A stretch of 14,391 nt of DNA from a virus (IMGVR_UViG_3300028985_000084:1-14391), one strand, 5' to 3'. Counted from the stretch's first letter, positions 7,185 through 14,391 are shown. Program-made: numbers and translations. Notes: generated by a model not told the origin, from the letters alone.

Positions 7185-7298
7185 GTACTAACGAATCATC
7201 CTGGACTTCATATGCCCCAGGCGGCTACTTCGTGGGCGTCCTGCCTGTTCGTTATCTTTGATATAAAATCTAACTTAACTTAGTTTTAATGGCAAGAG

Positions 7299-7330
7299 AA
7301 AACACCAAACTTTTCTTAGTTCGGTGTTTT
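7299..7330 (-). terminator. Hairpin downstream of the repressor gene, candidate (bidirectional) terminator
   Basis: Inverted repeat AAAACACCAAAC … GTTCGGTGTTTT with 8-nt loop; on the minus strand the stem is followed by UUUUCUCUU; lies ~20-50 nt past the cI-type stop. Confidence 0.4.
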
Positions 7331-7349
7331 GGTTAGAGAAAAGGGGGGG

Positions 7350-7976
7350 CTAGAGTTCGTATTGAACTCCTTTGACTACACCAATGATGAGGCAATTACC
7401 ATTGATCGGGATGTTGGGGTACCGGGGATTTAATGGCACTAAAAACTTTTGAGGGCCATCGATAACTAATTTTTTTACTGTGGCTTCGTTTGTTCCATCA
7501 AGTCTAGCGATGACTATTTTTCCATGCCGGGGTTCTGCATCAGGATCTACAATCACTGTTGCGCCTTCTGGTATTGTTGGGAGGCCGTTAGGGTTAGTCA
7601 TGGAGTCGCCTTTAACCTCCAATGCAAATGAGTTATCACCAATCTTTAATGATGTATCTACCCACTTGTCTACTTCACTAAACACTTCTGCTGTCCTGCA
7701 CTCAGTAAACTGCCCAGCCTGAACCCACGAGATTACAGGAACTCTGCGCATGTTTGTGACGAGTTTGCCTTCAAACTCCGCACCATAAAGAATGTAATCT
7801 ATTGACGTATTGAAGAACTTCGCTAATTTTGAAAGTGCTTCCCCACCAGGGACATTGATGTCTTTCTCCCAGTACCCCACAGCAACGTCACTTACTCCAC
7901 AAAATTTACCCAATTCTTTCTGGGACGTTCTGGTAACTCTTCTCAGAGCTTTTATACGCTGACCAACCGTTTCCAT
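7350..7976 (-). CDS. cI: CI-type prophage repressor (N-terminal HTH, C-terminal S24 LexA-like autopeptidase domain)
   Basis: 208-aa ORF. N-terminal HTH (QKELGKFCGVSDVAVGYWE). C-terminal S24 signature including GDSM (catalytic Ser) and a downstream Lys. Divergent from a cro-like gene. Confidence 0.9.
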   Translation of the reverse strand: METVGQRIKALRRVTRTSQKELGKFCGVSDVAVGYWEKDINVPGGEALSKLAKFFNTSIDYILYGAEFEGKLVTNMRRVPVISWVQAGQFTECRTAEVFSEVDKWVDTSLKIGDNSFALEVKGDSMTNPNGLPTIPEGATVIVDPDAEPRHGKIVIARLDGTNEATVKKLVIDGPQKFLVPLNPRYPNIPINGNCLIIGVVKGVQYEL

Positions 7977-8073
7977 AGGAGCACCATTTCTTTAATTACT
8001 AAGTAATCTTAGTTTTTATTGACCTAAGATAGATTGATAATTAACATCTAATAAAACTTAGTTTGGAGGGCAT
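7977..8073. promoter_or_regulatory. Divergent immunity-region promoter/operator segment between cI-type repressor and cro (pRM/pR-like)
   Basis: AT-rich 97-bp spacer between divergent genes. Candidate rightward promoter TTGACC-17 nt-TAACAT ending ~20 nt before the cro ATG (SD GGAGG). Four CTAAG/CTTAG half-site-like motifs, including the palindromic ACTAAGTAATCTTAGT. Confidence 0.6.
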
Positions 8074-8274
8074 ATGACGACTGACGATATCGAAAGCTAC
8101 TTCGGCAGCATTGAGAAAGTTGCTGCTTTTTTCGGCATAACAACTGAAGCCGTTTATCAGTGGCGAAACCGTCCTGGCCAGTTAATTCCAAAAGGACGTG
8201 CAGCAGAGGCTGCATATAGAACTTGCGGACGGTTGCCATTTAAACCTGAGCTTTATGAAAAATCTAATGGATAA
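8074..8274 (+). CDS. cro: Cro-like HTH DNA-binding regulator
   Basis: 66-aa ORF; ATG at 8074 with GGAGG upstream; HTH segment IEKVAAFFGITTEAVYQW; divergent from the repressor. Confidence 0.8.
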   Translation: MTTDDIESYFGSIEKVAAFFGITTEAVYQWRNRPGQLIPKGRAAEAAYRTCGRLPFKPELYEKSNG

Positions 8275-8896
8275 ATCGATTTACAGAAACCACAGATATG
8301 AGGGCTTAAACGTGGGTAAAGAACCTGAATGGAAAGTTGATAAGCAACCAGCATGGCTGGTGGCAGCAATACGAAGAACGATTGCTGATTTACCTCATGG
8401 CTATGAGGAAGCAGCAGAAATTCTTGGTTTGTATAAATCTGATGATATCACCCCAGCAAAAGATCAATTGCATAACAGACTGCGTAGCGGTGGGGATCAA
8501 ATTTTTCCACTTGAGTGGGCCATGGTTTTACAGGATGCCAGTGGTACCAGGCATGTAACGGATGCAATAGCCCGTCGTAGTAATGGGGTGTTTGTGCCGC
8601 TGGTGGTCATTGATGACATTGACAATGGTGACATTAATCAGCGGCTGATGGAGTCAATAGAATGGATTGGCAAGCATTCCCAGTACTTACGCAAGGCAAC
8701 TGCTGATGGAGTTATTGACCAGGCTGAGCGTGAGCAAATCGAAGAGAACAGCTACCAAGTAATGGCGAAGTGGCAGGAGCATTTAACACTGTTATTTCGT
8801 GTTTTTTGTGCGCCGGAAAAGAGTAACGCCCGCGAGTGTGCAGCTCCGGGCGTCGTGGCGTCGATTGCTTCTGGTTGTGGAGAAACTAACGCATGA
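8255..8896 (+). CDS. YdaT/CII-like early regulatory protein (start uncertain)
   Basis: ORF track frame opens at a GTG (8198) inside cro. More likely starts are the ATGs at ~8255 or ~8267 (MKNLMDKS…). Immediately follows cro as ydaT/cII-type genes do; no strong SD, so the start is uncertain. Confidence 0.55.
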   Translation: MKNLMDKSIYRNHRYEGLNVGKEPEWKVDKQPAWLVAAIRRTIADLPHGYEEAAEILGLYKSDDITPAKDQLHNRLRSGGDQIFPLEWAMVLQDASGTRHVTDAIARRSNGVFVPLVVIDDIDNGDINQRLMESIEWIGKHSQYLRKATADGVIDQAEREQIEENSYQVMAKWQEHLTLLFRVFCAPEKSNARECAAPGVVASIASGCGETNA

Positions 8897-9231
8897 ACAG
8901 TTTAACAACACACTACCGTCGCTCGCAACTGATTGCGCTTCCTGTACCGGGTGGAAAAGCGAAGGTGGAGTATTGCTATGCAGTGAATGTACCAGGTGAC
9001 AGGGAAATTGTAACCCACAGCTTTGCAGAGTGGGCTGTGGGTGATTTCAACCGGCAGAAGGAGACAGTCCTTTGCGACAAGTTAACCGCTGGTTCAAAGA
9101 TCACCACGGAGTGCCCGTCAGAGTCATTCGTTGGGAGCCGGAAACACAACGGGTTATCTACCTCCGTGAAGGCTATGAACATGAATGCTTCAGCCCACTT
9201 GAGCATTTCAGGCAAAAGTTCAGGGAGATAA
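8893..9231 (+). CDS. Hypothetical protein, frame A (N-terminal ~55 aa protein-like, remainder low quality); possibly frameshifted or truncated
   Basis: ATG overlaps the upstream stop (ATGA) with GGAG ~10 nt upstream, but the C-terminal two-thirds overlap a better-looking gene in another frame. Confidence 0.3.
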   Translation: MNSLTTHYRRSQLIALPVPGGKAKVEYCYAVNVPGDREIVTHSFAEWAVGDFNRQKETVLCDKLTAGSKITTECPSESFVGSRKHNGLSTSVKAMNMNASAHLSISGKSSGR

Positions 9232-9263
9232 GGGACGATCATGAGCAAACCAGTAATGATTGA
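9072..9263 (+). CDS. Hypothetical small phage protein (63 aa, DUF4222-like by recollection), TTG start
   Basis: TTG at 9072 preceded by AAGGAG with 9-nt spacer. Product (…[39 protein letters not shown]…) looks like a genuine globular small protein. Confidence 0.45.
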   Translation: MRQVNRWFKDHHGVPVRVIRWEPETQRVIYLREGYEHECFSPLEHFRQKFREIRDDHEQTSND

Positions 9264-10095
9264 TTCTGCCATTCCGGGACGTTACACTGTTCAGGCACCT
9301 TATAAAGCGGGTGCCGGGATTGGCGTCCTGAAATTGTCAACGGCGATGTATGACGCGCCAGCGTCTTTTTTATCGTCCGCATTTGCTCACATCCAGATTA
9401 TGGTGGGCTGGGCGGGGGCACCGAAAGGTGCGCCGGTCTCCGTTGACGCCGGTTACGCCAACCCCGTCCAGTTCACCACCAGTGAAATTGGCGTTTCCGG
9501 TGGTGGAAGTTTTTCACTGTCAACGGAGGCTGCCATCATGGCTACGATCCCAGCCCTCACTCAACCTGAAATCACCATTGACAACGGCCAGGCCGTTACC
9601 ACTTCTTTGGCTGTTGCCAACTTCTTCTCCAAGCGTCACGACGATGTGCTGAAAAAGATCCGCACTCTGGATTGTTCCCCTGAGTTTTGTGCCCGCAATT
9701 TTGCGGAGACATCGATTTCGGTAAATCAACCGAACGGTGGTACACGCAAGCTCCTTTGCTATCAAATCACACGAGACGGTTTTGCGTTTCTTGCTATGGG
9801 TTTCACGGGTAAACGTGCTGCCCGGTTCAAAGAGGCATACATCAATGCCTTTAACCAGATGGAACAGGCGCTGATCGGAAAGGTTGATACTTCATGTGTC
9901 GCGCACAATGCCCACGTTGTTTACCTCTACATGGCTGAAATTCACCGCGTTTGGTTAGAACAACTTTATCCGATGCTGGTTTCAGTTCAGTCTCCGCTGG
10001 CTTCATCGCTCTACGACTACATCAACGATGGTGTATTCGTTGCCGGGCTGGTGGACTCGGAACTGAACGAAAAGCATAAGGAGGTGCGTAAGTGA
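9241..10095 (+). CDS. Rha-family phage regulatory protein with an unusual ~100-aa N-terminal extension
   Basis: 284-aa ORF. Residues ~105-200 (ITIDNGQAVTTSLAVANFFSKRHDDVLKKIRTL…) fit the Rha N-terminal domain. ATG at 9241 has AAGGGA upstream; an internal ATG at ~9538 has a strong GGAGG 8 nt upstream and would give a canonical ~186-aa Rha protein. Confidence 0.75.
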   Translation: MSKPVMIDSAIPGRYTVQAPYKAGAGIGVLKLSTAMYDAPASFLSSAFAHIQIMVGWAGAPKGAPVSVDAGYANPVQFTTSEIGVSGGGSFSLSTEAAIMATIPALTQPEITIDNGQAVTTSLAVANFFSKRHDDVLKKIRTLDCSPEFCARNFAETSISVNQPNGGTRKLLCYQITRDGFAFLAMGFTGKRAARFKEAYINAFNQMEQALIGKVDTSCVAHNAHVVYLYMAEIHRVWLEQLYPMLVSVQSPLASSLYDYINDGVFVAGLVDSELNEKHKEVRK

Positions 10096-11033
10096 GCACC
10101 AAATTAACCGGCTATGTATGGGATGGTTGCGCAGCGTCAGGCATGAAATTATCCAGTGTGGCAATTATGGCCCGTCTGGCTGATTTCAGTAATGACGAGG
10201 GTGTGTGCTGGCCATCAATTGAAACCATTGCCCGCCAGATTGGCGCGGGGATGAGTACCGTCAGAACGGCTATCGCACGGCTGGAAGCAGAAGGCTGGTT
10301 AACGCGTAAGGCGCGTCGCCAGGGTAACCGCAATGCGTCGAATGTTTATCAGCTTAACGTTGCGAAGCTTCAGGCTGCGGCATTTTCTCAACTGTCAGAT
10401 TCTGACCCGTCAAAATCTGACGCATCAAAATCTGACCCGTCAAAATTTGATGCGTCGAAATCTGGCAAAAAAGCGTGTTTTCACCCGTCAGAATCTGGCG
10501 GGGATCCGTCAGTAAAATCAAAACATGATCCGTCAGATAAAAAACCTTCTCGTCCGGACGCTTTGCAACCGGACACGCAGACGGCTGAACAGGATTTTTT
10601 AACTCGCCATCCTGATGCGGTTGTATTCAGCCCTAAAAAGCGCCAGTGGGGAACGCAGGATGATTTGACCTGCGCACAGTGGCTCTGGAAAAAAATCATC
10701 GCCCTGTACGAGCAGGCCGCCGAATGTGACGGCGAGGTGGTTCGTCCCAAAGAACCGAACTGGACAGCATGGGCAAACGAAATTCGCCTGATGTGTGTGC
10801 AGGATGGTCGTACTCACAAACAAATCTGCGAGATGTACAGCCGCGTCAGCCGTGATCCGTTCTGGTGCCGTAACGTGCTCAGCCCGTCGAAGTTGCGGGA
10901 AAAATGGGATGAGCTTTCCCTGCGCTTATCGCCGTCCGTCAGCACGCACACAGAAAAACGTGAAGACCCGTACTTCAAAGCCAGTTACGACAACGTGGAC
11001 TACAGCCAGATCCCGGCAGGATTCAGGGGGTGA
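10092..11033 (+). CDS. Replication initiator / replisome organiser (lambda O-like; N-terminal HTH, origin iterons inside the gene)
   Basis: 313-aa ORF; GTG start overlapping the upstream stop (GTGA) with AAGGAGG 8 nt upstream. N-terminal HTH (…CWPSIETIARQIGAGMSTVRTAIARLEAEGWL…). Internal 15-bp tandem repeats encode SKSDx pentapeptide repeats. Confidence 0.8.
   Translation: MSTKLTGYVWDGCAASGMKLSSVAIMARLADFSNDEGVCWPSIETIARQIGAGMSTVRTAIARLEAEGWLTRKARRQGNRNASNVYQLNVAKLQAAAFSQLSDSDPSKSDASKSDPSKFDASKSGKKACFHPSESGGDPSVKSKHDPSDKKPSRPDALQPDTQTAEQDFLTRHPDAVVFSPKKRQWGTQDDLTCAQWLWKKIIALYEQAAECDGEVVRPKEPNWTAWANEIRLMCVQDGRTHKQICEMYSRVSRDPFWCRNVLSPSKLREKWDELSLRLSPSVSTHTEKREDPYFKASYDNVDYSQIPAGFRG
10395..10510 (+). 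repeat. Origin-like iteron array: five contiguous 15-bp direct repeats (consensus TCAAAATCTGACNCR, ~10395-10469) plus two degenerate copies and an A-rich tract
   Basis: Read directly: TCAGATTCTGACCCG / TCAAAATCTGACGCA / TCAAAATCTGACCCG / TCAAAATTTGATGCG / TCGAAATCTGGCAAA. In-frame within the initiator gene, as lambda ori lies inside gene O. Confidence 0.7.
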
Positions 11034-11035
11034 TC

Positions 11036-11128
11036 ATGAGTCTGTTAAATGACGTTCAGAAATTCATTGAAGCCCATCCGGGCTGTACTTCCGGAGACAT
11101 TGCGGATGCTTTTTACGTGGGGGCTTAA
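11036..11128 (+). CDS. Hypothetical small protein (30 aa, MSLLNDVQKFIEAHPGCTSGDIADAFYVGA)
   Basis: Below ORF-track cut-off. ATG 2 nt after the initiator stop with AGGGGG 5 nt upstream; its TAA overlaps the next gene's ATG (TAATG). Confidence 0.35.
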   Translation: MSLLNDVQKFIEAHPGCTSGDIADAFYVGA

Positions 11129-11781
11129 TGAGTAATAAATATTGCCAGGCGCTGGTAGAACTGCGGAACAAACCAGCCCATGAACTGAAGGAAGTGGGCG
11201 ATCAGTGGCGCACGCCGGACAACATTTTCTGGGGAATTAACACCTTGTTTGGTCCGTTTGTTCTGGATCTGTTCACTGACGGTGATAACGCCAAATGTGC
11301 CGCGTATTACACGGCGGAAGACAACGCGCTGGCGCATGACTGGTCAGAACGTCTTGCGGAGCTTAAAGGTGCTGCCTTTGGTAATCCCCCATACAGCCGC
11401 GCCAGTCAGCATGAGGGGCAATACATCACCGGCATGCGTTACATCATGAAACATGCCAGTGCCATGCGTGATAAGGGCGGGCGCTATGTTTTCCTGATCA
11501 AAGCTGCCACCAGCGAAGTGTGGTGGCCGGAAGATGCGGACCATATTGCTTTTATTCGCGGGCGTATTGGTTTTGAACTGCCTGCCTGGTTTATACCGAA
11601 GGACGAGAAGCAGGTGCCGACAGGCGCTTTCTTCGCTGGTGCTATTGCTGTTTTCGACAAGACCTGGAAGGGACCGGCAATCAGCTACATCGGGCGCGAT
11701 GAACTTGAGGCATGTGGTGAGGCATTTCTGGCGCAGGTTCGCCAGCAGGCGGAAAAACTGGTCAGGGAGATGGTGGCATGA
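11128..11781 (+). CDS. Phage DNA N6-adenine methyltransferase (Dam-like)
   Basis: 217-aa ORF with the (D/N)PPY catalytic motif (GNPPYS) and an N-terminal W-R-T-P-type motif typical of phage Dam proteins. Confidence 0.85.
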   Translation: MSNKYCQALVELRNKPAHELKEVGDQWRTPDNIFWGINTLFGPFVLDLFTDGDNAKCAAYYTAEDNALAHDWSERLAELKGAAFGNPPYSRASQHEGQYITGMRYIMKHASAMRDKGGRYVFLIKAATSEVWWPEDADHIAFIRGRIGFELPAWFIPKDEKQVPTGAFFAGAIAVFDKTWKGPAISYIGRDELEACGEAFLAQVRQQAEKLVREMVA

Positions 11782-12167
11782 AGCTAATACTGCCTTTTCC
11801 GCCCAGCGTGAACACGTACTGGCGACACCCCAACAAAGGGGCATTTGCTGGTAAGAGCCTGATAAGCGAGGCGGGGCGAAAATTTCAGAGCGCGGCGTGT
11901 GCCGCCATCATTGAGCAGTTACGTCGTCTGCCGAAACCAACGTCGGCACCTGCTTCAGTGGAGATCGTGTTGTTTCCTCCGGATAACCGGATCCGCGATC
12001 TGGACAACTATAACAAGGCGCTGTTTGATGCCCTGACCCACGCGGGTGTGTGGGAAGACGACAGACAGGTGAAAAGAATGCTGGTGGAGTGGGGACCGGT
12101 TATCCCGAAAGGGAAGGTCGAGATCACTATCAGTAAGTATGAGAAACCGGCGGGTGCAGCCGCCTGA
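11778..12167 (+). CDS. rusA: RusA-family Holliday-junction resolvase
   Basis: 129-aa ORF; ATG overlaps the upstream stop (ATGA). Conserved RusA pattern (…LPFPPSVNTYW… DLDNYNKALFDALTHAGVWEDD…), comparable to E. coli RusA DLDN…FDALT as I recall it. Confidence 0.85.
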   Translation: MKLILPFPPSVNTYWRHPNKGAFAGKSLISEAGRKFQSAACAAIIEQLRRLPKPTSAPASVEIVLFPPDNRIRDLDNYNKALFDALTHAGVWEDDRQVKRMLVEWGPVIPKGKVEITISKYEKPAGAAA

Positions 12168-12186
12168 TTAAGAGGAGAAACGAAGT

Positions 12187-12996
12187 ATGAATAATCTGAT
12201 GGTCATTGATGGTATTGAAGTTCGTCGTGATGCTTATGGGCGTTACAGCCTGAACGATCTGCACAGGGCAGCCGGGGGAGAACAAAAAAACCGCCCGAAA
12301 TACTGGCTCTCCAATAAGCAAACCTGTGAATTGATTGAACAACTTTTCACCGAGGGGGGAATTCCGCCTCTGGAAAAGAATCAACCAGTTAGCGTTATCA
12401 ATGGCGGAAATAACCAGGGGACGTATGTCTGCAAAGAACTGGTGTATGCCTATGCAATGTGGATCAGTCCGTCATTCCATCTGAAGGTGATCCGTACTTT
12501 CGATACGGTAACCAGCGCACCGGAAAAATTATCCGGGCAGGCTGCTGACAAGATGCAGGCTGGTGTGATTCTGCTGGACTTTATGCGTCGGGAGTTAAAC
12601 CTGTCTAACTCATCTGTGCTTGGTGCCTGTCAGAAACTCCAGGAGGCTGTTGGCTTACCGAATCTGGCACCGCGCTATGCCATTGATGCTCCTGCCGATG
12701 CACCCGATGGCTCAAGTCGCCCCACGCTGTCGCTAAGTGCACTGCTGAAACAGTATGGTATCCGCCTGACGGCTAATCAGGCATATCACCAGATGGTGAA
12801 GCTGGGGATCGTCGAGCAGCGCGAACGATACAGCCGTACCGCGATTAACAACATCAAAAAATTCTGGTCGCTGACGGCGAAAGGCTGCATGTTCGGCAAG
12901 AACATCACCAGTCCTGCAAATCCGCGCGAGACGCAGCCGCACTTCTTCGAATCCCGATTCCCTGAGCTGTTAAAGCTGCTCGATACCGTTCATTGA
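12187..12996 (+). CDS. KilA-N domain protein (antirepressor-like, nin-region)
   Basis: 269-aa ORF; AGAGGAG 9 nt upstream of the ATG. N-terminal ~100 aa (…DGIEVRRDAYGRYSLNDLHRAAGG…YWLSNKQT…GTYVCKELVYAYAMWISPSFHLKVIRTF) fits the KilA-N fold pattern. Confidence 0.75.
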   Translation: MNNLMVIDGIEVRRDAYGRYSLNDLHRAAGGEQKNRPKYWLSNKQTCELIEQLFTEGGIPPLEKNQPVSVINGGNNQGTYVCKELVYAYAMWISPSFHLKVIRTFDTVTSAPEKLSGQAADKMQAGVILLDFMRRELNLSNSSVLGACQKLQEAVGLPNLAPRYAIDAPADAPDGSSRPTLSLSALLKQYGIRLTANQAYHQMVKLGIVEQRERYSRTAINNIKKFWSLTAKGCMFGKNITSPANPRETQPHFFESRFPELLKLLDTVH

Positions 12997-12997
12997 G

Positions 12998-13993
12998 GTG
13001 ACCGTGAGAGCACTACTGACCCCTGAAATTGCCCCGCGTATGGGGATCGTATTGTTCAGACCAGGTTCAGAGCTGATGCCCCTGTTTATGCAGGGGCGTG
13101 TCCTGCTGGAGCCTGAGCCGGAACGTTATTCATCTTTCGCCAGTGGTGCCGTTCCGGCGGCATCACAACCGCTGGCGGATGATCCTGCCGTTCGGGCCGT
13201 GTTCCGCAATGAGGCAGTGATCCGTCGTGCTGGTGGCGTGGAATGTCTTGAAAGCTGGTTACTTCGTGAAAAAGGCTGCCAGTGGGCTCATTCCGACTGG
13301 CACAGCGAGAACATGACCACAATGCGGCACGCTCCGGGCGCAATCCGTCTGTGCTGGCACTGCGATAACCAGCTGCGCGATCAGTTCACGGAACGGCTGG
13401 AATCAATGGCAACGGATAACTGTGCCCGCTGGGTGTTATCTGTTGTGCGCCGTGATCTCGGTTTTGATGACAGTCACGTTGTGACAATGCCGGAACTGTG
13501 CTGGTGGCTGGTTCGTAATGACCTGGCGGATGCCTTACCGGAAAGTGCAGCCCGTAAGGCACTGAGATTACCGAAGCCTGTTGTGCCGTCTGTCACCCGG
13601 GAGAGTGACCTTGTTCCTTCGGTTCCTGCCACCAGCATTATCCAGGATAAAGCGAAAAAGGTGCTGGCGCTGAAAGTGGATCCGGAGTCGCCGGAGTCTT
13701 TTATGTTACGCCCAAAACGTCGCCGCTGGGTTAATGAAAAGTACACGCGCTGGGTTAAGACACAGCCGTGTGCATGTTGTGGAAAGCCAGCTGATGATCC
13801 CCACCACCTGATAGGCCACGGTCAGGGGGGAATGGGTACAAAAGCGCATGACCTCTTTGTGTTGCCTTTGTGCAGAAAGCATCACGACGAGCTGCATGCG
13901 GATACCGTGGCATTTGAAGAGAAGTATGGCTCCCAGCTGGAGCTGATATTTCGTTTTATCGATCGTGCGCTGGCAATTGGCGTGCTGGCCTGA
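12998..13993 (+). CDS. DUF968-like protein with C-terminal HNH/His-Me-finger-like Cys/His cluster (NinG-like position); start uncertain
   Basis: 331-aa ORF from a GTG directly after the upstream stop. C-terminal motif QPCACCGKPADDPHHLIGHG…CRKHHDELH resembles HNH-type metal-binding nucleases; a second Cys/His cluster in the N-terminal half (CQWAHSDWH…CWHCDNQ). Lies just before Q. Confidence 0.7.
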   Translation: MTVRALLTPEIAPRMGIVLFRPGSELMPLFMQGRVLLEPEPERYSSFASGAVPAASQPLADDPAVRAVFRNEAVIRRAGGVECLESWLLREKGCQWAHSDWHSENMTTMRHAPGAIRLCWHCDNQLRDQFTERLESMATDNCARWVLSVVRRDLGFDDSHVVTMPELCWWLVRNDLADALPESAARKALRLPKPVVPSVTRESDLVPSVPATSIIQDKAKKVLALKVDPESPESFMLRPKRRRWVNEKYTRWVKTQPCACCGKPADDPHHLIGHGQGGMGTKAHDLFVLPLCRKHHDELHADTVAFEEKYGSQLELIFRFIDRALAIGVLA

Positions 13994-14010
13994 TTTTGTG
14001 GAGAAAGTTG

Positions 14011-14391
14011 ATGCGTGATATTCAGATGGTTCTTGAACGCTGGGGGGCATGGGCTGCAAGTGGTAACACCGGGGTGGACTATTCTCCGATCGCTGCCGGA
14101 TTCAAAGGACTTTTACCATCTGCCACTAAACCACGTCCGGCCTGCTGCGATGATGACGGACTTATCATTGAAAACTGTCTTGCTCGTCTGAAGCAGAAAA
14201 AACCTGAGGAGTATTCGCTTCTCATTGCTCATTATTTGTTGCGAATATCAAAAAGACAGATAGCCAGGACGAGAAAGAAAAGCGAAAAAGCAATACGAAT
14301 TGAGATGCAGATAGCCGAAGGGTTTATTGACGGATGTTTGTCTGTGCTGGGGGTAAGACTGGAGATGGACGACTGGCTGCTAAAAAAGTAA
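14011..14391 (+). CDS. Q: Late-gene antitermination protein Q (QuuD/phage-82-type Q family)
   Basis: ORF track frame opens at a TTG (13996); the ATG at ~14011 has GGAG 7 nt upstream and gives 126 aa starting MRDIQMVLERWGAWAA…, which closely matches my recollection of E. coli QuuD-type Q. TAA stop is the last three bases of the window. Confidence 0.85.
   Translation: MRDIQMVLERWGAWAASGNTGVDYSPIAAGFKGLLPSATKPRPACCDDDGLIIENCLARLKQKKPEEYSLLIAHYLLRISKRQIARTRKKSEKAIRIEMQIAEGFIDGCLSVLGVRLEMDDWLLKK

Noticed and set aside
8799-8999. 66-aa plus-strand ORF overlapping the end of the YdaT/CII-like gene
   Set aside because: Out-of-frame overlap with a better gene, Arg-rich low-complexity N-terminus, no SD.
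9350-9652. Alternative-frame and antisense ORFs inside right-arm genes (9350..9652, 9520..9765, 10112..10333, 10333..10515, 10481..10750, 10599..10823, 10795..11052, 11125..11337, 11249..11449, 11344..11844, 11534..11854, 12130..12384, 12733..12942, 13086..13343, 13474..13746, 13706..14059)
   Set aside because: Embedded in or antisense to well-supported genes (Rha, initiator, Dam, RusA, KilA-N, DUF968); translations are Pro/Arg/Ser-rich and typical of GC-rich off-frame reading.
10395-10510. Possible CRISPR array suggested by regularly spaced direct repeats
   Set aside because: Repeats are contiguous 15-bp units with no unique spacers, lie in frame inside a protein-coding gene and have no adjacent cas genes; they are origin iterons.
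1-14391. tRNA, rRNA or insertion-sequence elements
   Set aside because: No cloverleaf-compatible segment or conserved tRNA motifs such as GTTCGAATC seen, no transposase-like ORF, and no terminal inverted repeats flanking a transposase gene.

Overview
This window is the int-to-Q portion of a lambdoid enterobacterial prophage, cut almost exactly at the integrase stop (base 1) and the Q antiterminator stop (base 14391). Minus-strand left arm: integrase, excisionase, two small ORFs, a DUF550/DUF551-type fusion, an Ead/Ea22-like protein, and a yfdP-yfdQ-yfdR-like early-left cluster resembling E. coli CPS-53 (recognised by gene order and sizes 120/274/178 aa, not by sequence recall). Centre: an AT-rich plus-strand insert with a 164-aa two-TM membrane protein (SieB-like by position and topology only) bracketed by three paralogous proline-rich mini-ORFs, convergent with a CI-type HTH + S24 repressor; cro is divergent from cI. 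Plus-strand right arm: YdaT/CII-like regulator, Rha-family protein, O-like replication initiator with in-gene iterons, phage Dam methyltransferase, RusA, KilA-N protein, DUF968/HNH-like protein and Q. No rRNA, tRNA, CRISPR or IS element was seen, and no N-like antiterminator or Red/RecET module. The most novel-looking part is the 6.3-7.2 kb insert with its proline-rich peptide family. All family assignments are from reading the translations, with no database search. Large CDS coordinates follow the ORF track (starts adjusted where SD or coupling evidence supports it); hand-counted coordinates may be off by 1-2 nt.
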